NCBI GenBank assembly: GCA_964440175.1 | Contig: CAYTQP010000068.1 | Span: forward strand, 1 to 13,499 | Source: an uncultured Verrucomicrobiota bacterium | Lineage (GTDB): Bacteria; Verrucomicrobiota; Kiritimatiellia; CAYTQP01 | DNA length: 13,499 nucleotides | Direction of reading: 5' to 3' | Shown here: piece after piece, positions 10,880 through 13,499 of the stretch | Position numbering within the stretch: the first letter of the stretch is position 1 | Layout of the letters: every line of letters starts with the position of its first letter | The notes under the pieces: model-generated | Seen by the model: the letters and a program-made list of their open reading frames with translations, nothing else | Database searches by the model: none | What the model was told of the DNA's origin: nothing | Translations under genes and position numbers: made by a program

Positions 10880-13499
10880 CTACGGCAACTTGGCTTCGAC
10901 CTTATACAGCACCGATTTGACATCGTTTGATGCCACACCGAAGAGCATCATATTAGTACCCGTCCCCATTGAATAGCCGCCCACACCCGTCCAGTGGTTG
11001 GCAGGCATGTCACGATTATCATAGATGCGGTAGACGCGGCGTGCGGATGACGGAAACACAACTGCTGCAATACTGTCACCTGTCATCAAGCGTTTCAACG
11101 CGACGATTCGGATTATAGAAAGGCAGGACAAGGAGTTATGAGGACCTGTGTCACCCAAAAACTCTTCAAGATTATCGATGCCGTCACCATCTGGATCCTC
11201 ATGCGGATCTCCCGCAACAGGGTCTCCAAAATTATCGGTTTCATAGCCATCGGGCATTCCATCGCCGTCGGTGTCTACTATTTCAAAATGCGAGAACTCG
11301 GAGGTGTCTCCCGTGTCTGTCCGGGTGGCAGTGGCGGTGATGTAGTCCGGCATCGGACTAACCTGAGGGAATGCCACATCAAAATTCCACTGGGAAAGCA
11401 TATCAGTCGAACCTGCGACGCGGCCCAGAACGACCTCCCCCTCCCCGTAACCGCAGGGGTCCAACTGGGTACTGGCATAGAAGTTCATGGTGAAAGCTTT
11501 GTTGGCCGTGCTTATGAGGTGTCCACGAATGCGCACATTCCCTCCTGACAGAGAGACATTATCAATGTACGGGTGATTCTGCAAGTTGTTCGCACCCGTG
11601 TCGGGGTCTCCGTAGATACCGGGATCATTCGGTGTGTGACCTTCCGGCCCCAAGTCTATTCCCATACCCGCGTTTTCACTGATGAGATTATAATCTATAT
11701 TGTTGCCAACGCAGTTCTCTCCATAAACATGGACACCCGGTCCGACATTCCCCTGAATGACATTTGAATCCAAAACGCCAACACCCCCAACCATATTATT
11801 GGTTGACACGCCACCCATATAAATGCCGCCATCTTCGTTTCTAAGGATGCGGTTCCCCGTAACCCCGCAATTGTTTGCATCCCACAACCGCACTCCCCAG
11901 TGCCCGTTGCCGACGATAAAATTGCCTCCGCTGATAATTGACCCGCCTATGACACATCTGTCCGCATGAGTTATCTCAATACCGCGACCAGCATTCGGCA
12001 CAACGTCTATTCCGTCAGCGGCGGAGCCGATGTAATTTCCGACAATTCTGTTGCCTGTCGCCTTTGATGACGTTATTTTAATTCCCCCGCCGCCATTCCC
12101 TGAAATTACATTTTTTCCCAAACTTGCCACACTCCCGATGAGATTGGAGGATGCGTTGTCCACATACACTCCCCCGTAGTTATTCCCGAGAGCGGACTGG
12201 CCCGATACGTCCACTCCGATATAATTGCCTTGTATGACCATGTTGTGGCTGTTTGTTCCTGCAATCTCCACCCCATAGCGCTTGTTCCCCGAAATTAAAT
12301 TACCCGCTCCGGACACGACCCCGCCGATTGTGACATTCTCGGTGTTCAGCAAATTGATTCCTGACTCATTGTTGGGAAGAACATCTCGCCCCGAGGCATC
12401 CGTGCCGACATAATTTCCCAGCACCTCTGTCTTTTTGGAGGATGCCCCAATTATATGGATGCCCACCCCTCCATTCGCCGAAATAACATTCCTCGCGCCT
12501 GCAGATGCGCCACCTATTTCCGTCATATACGAATATTCGTTTCGAATACCCGCCCCGCCATTCCCCAACGGCTTGTCTCCAGTTACGTCGGTACCGATAT
12601 AGTTTCCTTCGATATTGTTGCAGTTGGCCGAAGACAGTTTTACGCCGCTCCACGTATTGCCGGATATGACGTTCCGCCCCAAAGATATTGCGGATCCGAC
12701 GGTGTTCGAACTACAGAACGAACCCCGCATCTCAATCCCATATTCATTCCCAAGCGCAACGGTTCCTGTGATGTCAACACCAATATAGTTGCCCACAATC
12801 CGGTTTCTCTCAATTCTCGCTGTCCCGCTACCGTAACTCACCATTTTAATTCCGGTTCCCGTGTTCCCTGAAACAACATTCCGTGACCCGGATTTTATTC
12901 CTCCCACAATATTGTCTTTCCCTTCAATATTGATCCCCACCCCGTTGGGGACAGCGTTCAATCCACGTTTATCAGTGCCGATAAGATTCCCGCGAATTGA
13001 ATTACTAATGCTTGTCCAGCCAATATGGATTCCACTGCCAGTGTTTCCTGAGATTAGATTCCCTTCGCTCTTACCGGTGCCGCCTATTAAGTTGTTGTTG
13101 GAAGAGACAAATATGCCCACACGGTTTGGATGCGGCGCACCCGACAATGGATGAACACCGATTGAGTTGCCATAAACCATATTACCGCCGCCAGTGTGAT
13201 CGGCGATTCCAAAAATACAGAGAGCCATGTCGTTGTCGCCAAAATAGTTGCGATCTATACTGTTCCTGCCCGATTCGGTTGTGACTCCCGCATAACTGTT
13301 GTTCAGAAAGTAACAGGAGCGGATATTGCAATTTGAAGTCAGCACGGCGATCCCACGTTCAAACGACGACACCTCAATCCCTCGCACGGTCGATTCTGCG
13401 GACAGAACCAACCCGGTGACAACTCCGCCCGCGTCCTCCAACGCTATCACTGGAGATTTTGTGTAGCCCGGCTGGCTTGTACCATCGATCACGACCGCC
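10880..13499 (-). CDS. Large parallel beta-helix repeat protein (PbH1/NosD-like right-handed beta-helix) with two TSP3-like Ca-binding Asp motifs and an unassigned ~85-aa C-terminal domain. 5'-truncated: the N-terminus lies beyond the window end
   Basis: Reading frame is open to the window edge, so the GTG at 13492 is not a real start. More than 12 repeats of a ~22-25-aa unit with 'N.ISGN.G.GI.I' and 'GNYIG(T/V)D..G' (GNLIGTDKRG, GNYIGVDITG, GNYIGTDVTG, GNYVGTDASG, GNYIGVDVSG, GNYIGSAADG). C-terminal 'DTDGDGMPDGYETD…DPDGDGIDNLEEF'. Stop TAG at 10880. Confidence 0.8.
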   Translation of the reverse strand, partial: AVVIDGTSQPGYTKSPVIALEDAGGVVTGLVLSAESTVRGIEVSSFERGIAVLTSNCNIRSCYFLNNSYAGVTTESGRNSIDRNYFGDNDMALCIFGIADHTGGGNMVYGNSIGVHPLSGAPHPNRVGIFVSSNNNLIGGTGKSEGNLISGNTGSGIHIGWTSISNSIRGNLIGTDKRGLNAVPNGVGINIEGKDNIVGGIKSGSRNVVSGNTGTGIKMVSYGSGTARIERNRIVGNYIGVDITGTVALGNEYGIEMRGSFCSSNTVGSAISLGRNVISGNTWSGVKLSSANCNNIEGNYIGTDVTGDKPLGNGGAGIRNEYSYMTEIGGASAGARNVISANGGVGIHIIGASSKKTEVLGNYVGTDASGRDVLPNNESGINLLNTENVTIGGVVSGAGNLISGNKRYGVEIAGTNSHNMVIQGNYIGVDVSGQSALGNNYGGVYVDNASSNLIGSVASLGKNVISGNGGGGIKITSSKATGNRIVGNYIGSAADGIDVVPNAGRGIEITHADRCVIGGSIISGGNFIVGNGHWGVRLWDANNCGVTGNRILRNEDGGIYMGGVSTNNMVGGVGVLDSNVIQGNVGPGVHVYGENCVGNNIDYNLISENAGMGIDLGPEGHTPNDPGIYGDPDTGANNLQNHPYIDNVSLSGGNVRIRGHLISTANKAFTMNFYASTQLDPCGYGEGEVVLGRVAGSTDMLSQWNFDVAFPQVSPMPDYITATATRTDTGDTSEFSHFEIVDTDGDGMPDGYETDNFGDPVAGDPHEDPDGDGIDNLEEFLGDTGPHNSLSCLSIIRIVALKRLMTGDSIAAVVFPSSARRVYRIYDNRDMPANHWTGVGGYSMGTGTNMMLFGVASNDVKSVLYKVEAKLP

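Noticed and set aside
11138-13284. Plus-strand ORFs within the beta-helix gene region (11138..11548, 12455..12871, 12861..13154, 13012..13284)
   Set aside because: They are antisense to a long repeat-rich CDS with a clear domain signature.

Overview
This 13.5-kb chromosomal window holds, in order: a Y1/HUH (IS200/IS605- or RAYT-like) transposase gene, three tightly packed plus-strand genes, a tRNA-Gly, and three minus-strand housekeeping or surface genes. The most interesting part is the first two plus-strand genes (1382..4452).

**Feature map**
- **200..1186 (-):** Y1/HUH transposase-like gene, bracketed by two unrelated hairpins.
- **1382..2497 (+):** SPFH/Band-7 protein of the YdjI type, ending in three tandem zinc ribbons.
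- **2497..4452 (+):** 651-aa membrane protein. It reads as signal-like N-terminus, Gly-run, TM segment, two copies of a [Tim44-like domain carrying an inserted zinc ribbon], then a C-terminal TerB-like domain. Its start overlaps the previous stop (TAATG).
- **4455..7574 (+):** signal-peptide GH2 LacZ-type beta-galactosidase, starting 2 nt after the previous stop.
- **7705..7779 (-):** tRNA-Gly(CCC), convergent with lacZ.
- **8184..9074 (-):** folD.
- **9234..10709 (-):** pepA (M17 leucyl aminopeptidase).
- **10880..13499 (-):** 5'-truncated parallel beta-helix protein with TSP3-like Ca-binding Asp motifs.

**Main finding.** The SPFH-zinc-ribbon gene and the Tim44x2/zinc-ribbon/TerB gene form a translationally coupled pair. 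It resembles a PspA-associated, YdjI-type membrane stress module, but with an unusual duplicated Tim44-TerB partner and no pspA in view. I regard it as a candidate uncharacterised membrane-associated stress or defence cassette. It sits divergently from the transposase-like gene, across a promoter region that carries a perfect TATAAT box and a 19-bp palindrome.

No CRISPR array, rRNA or obvious prophage genes were seen. All domain calls come from motif recognition by eye; no database search was possible.
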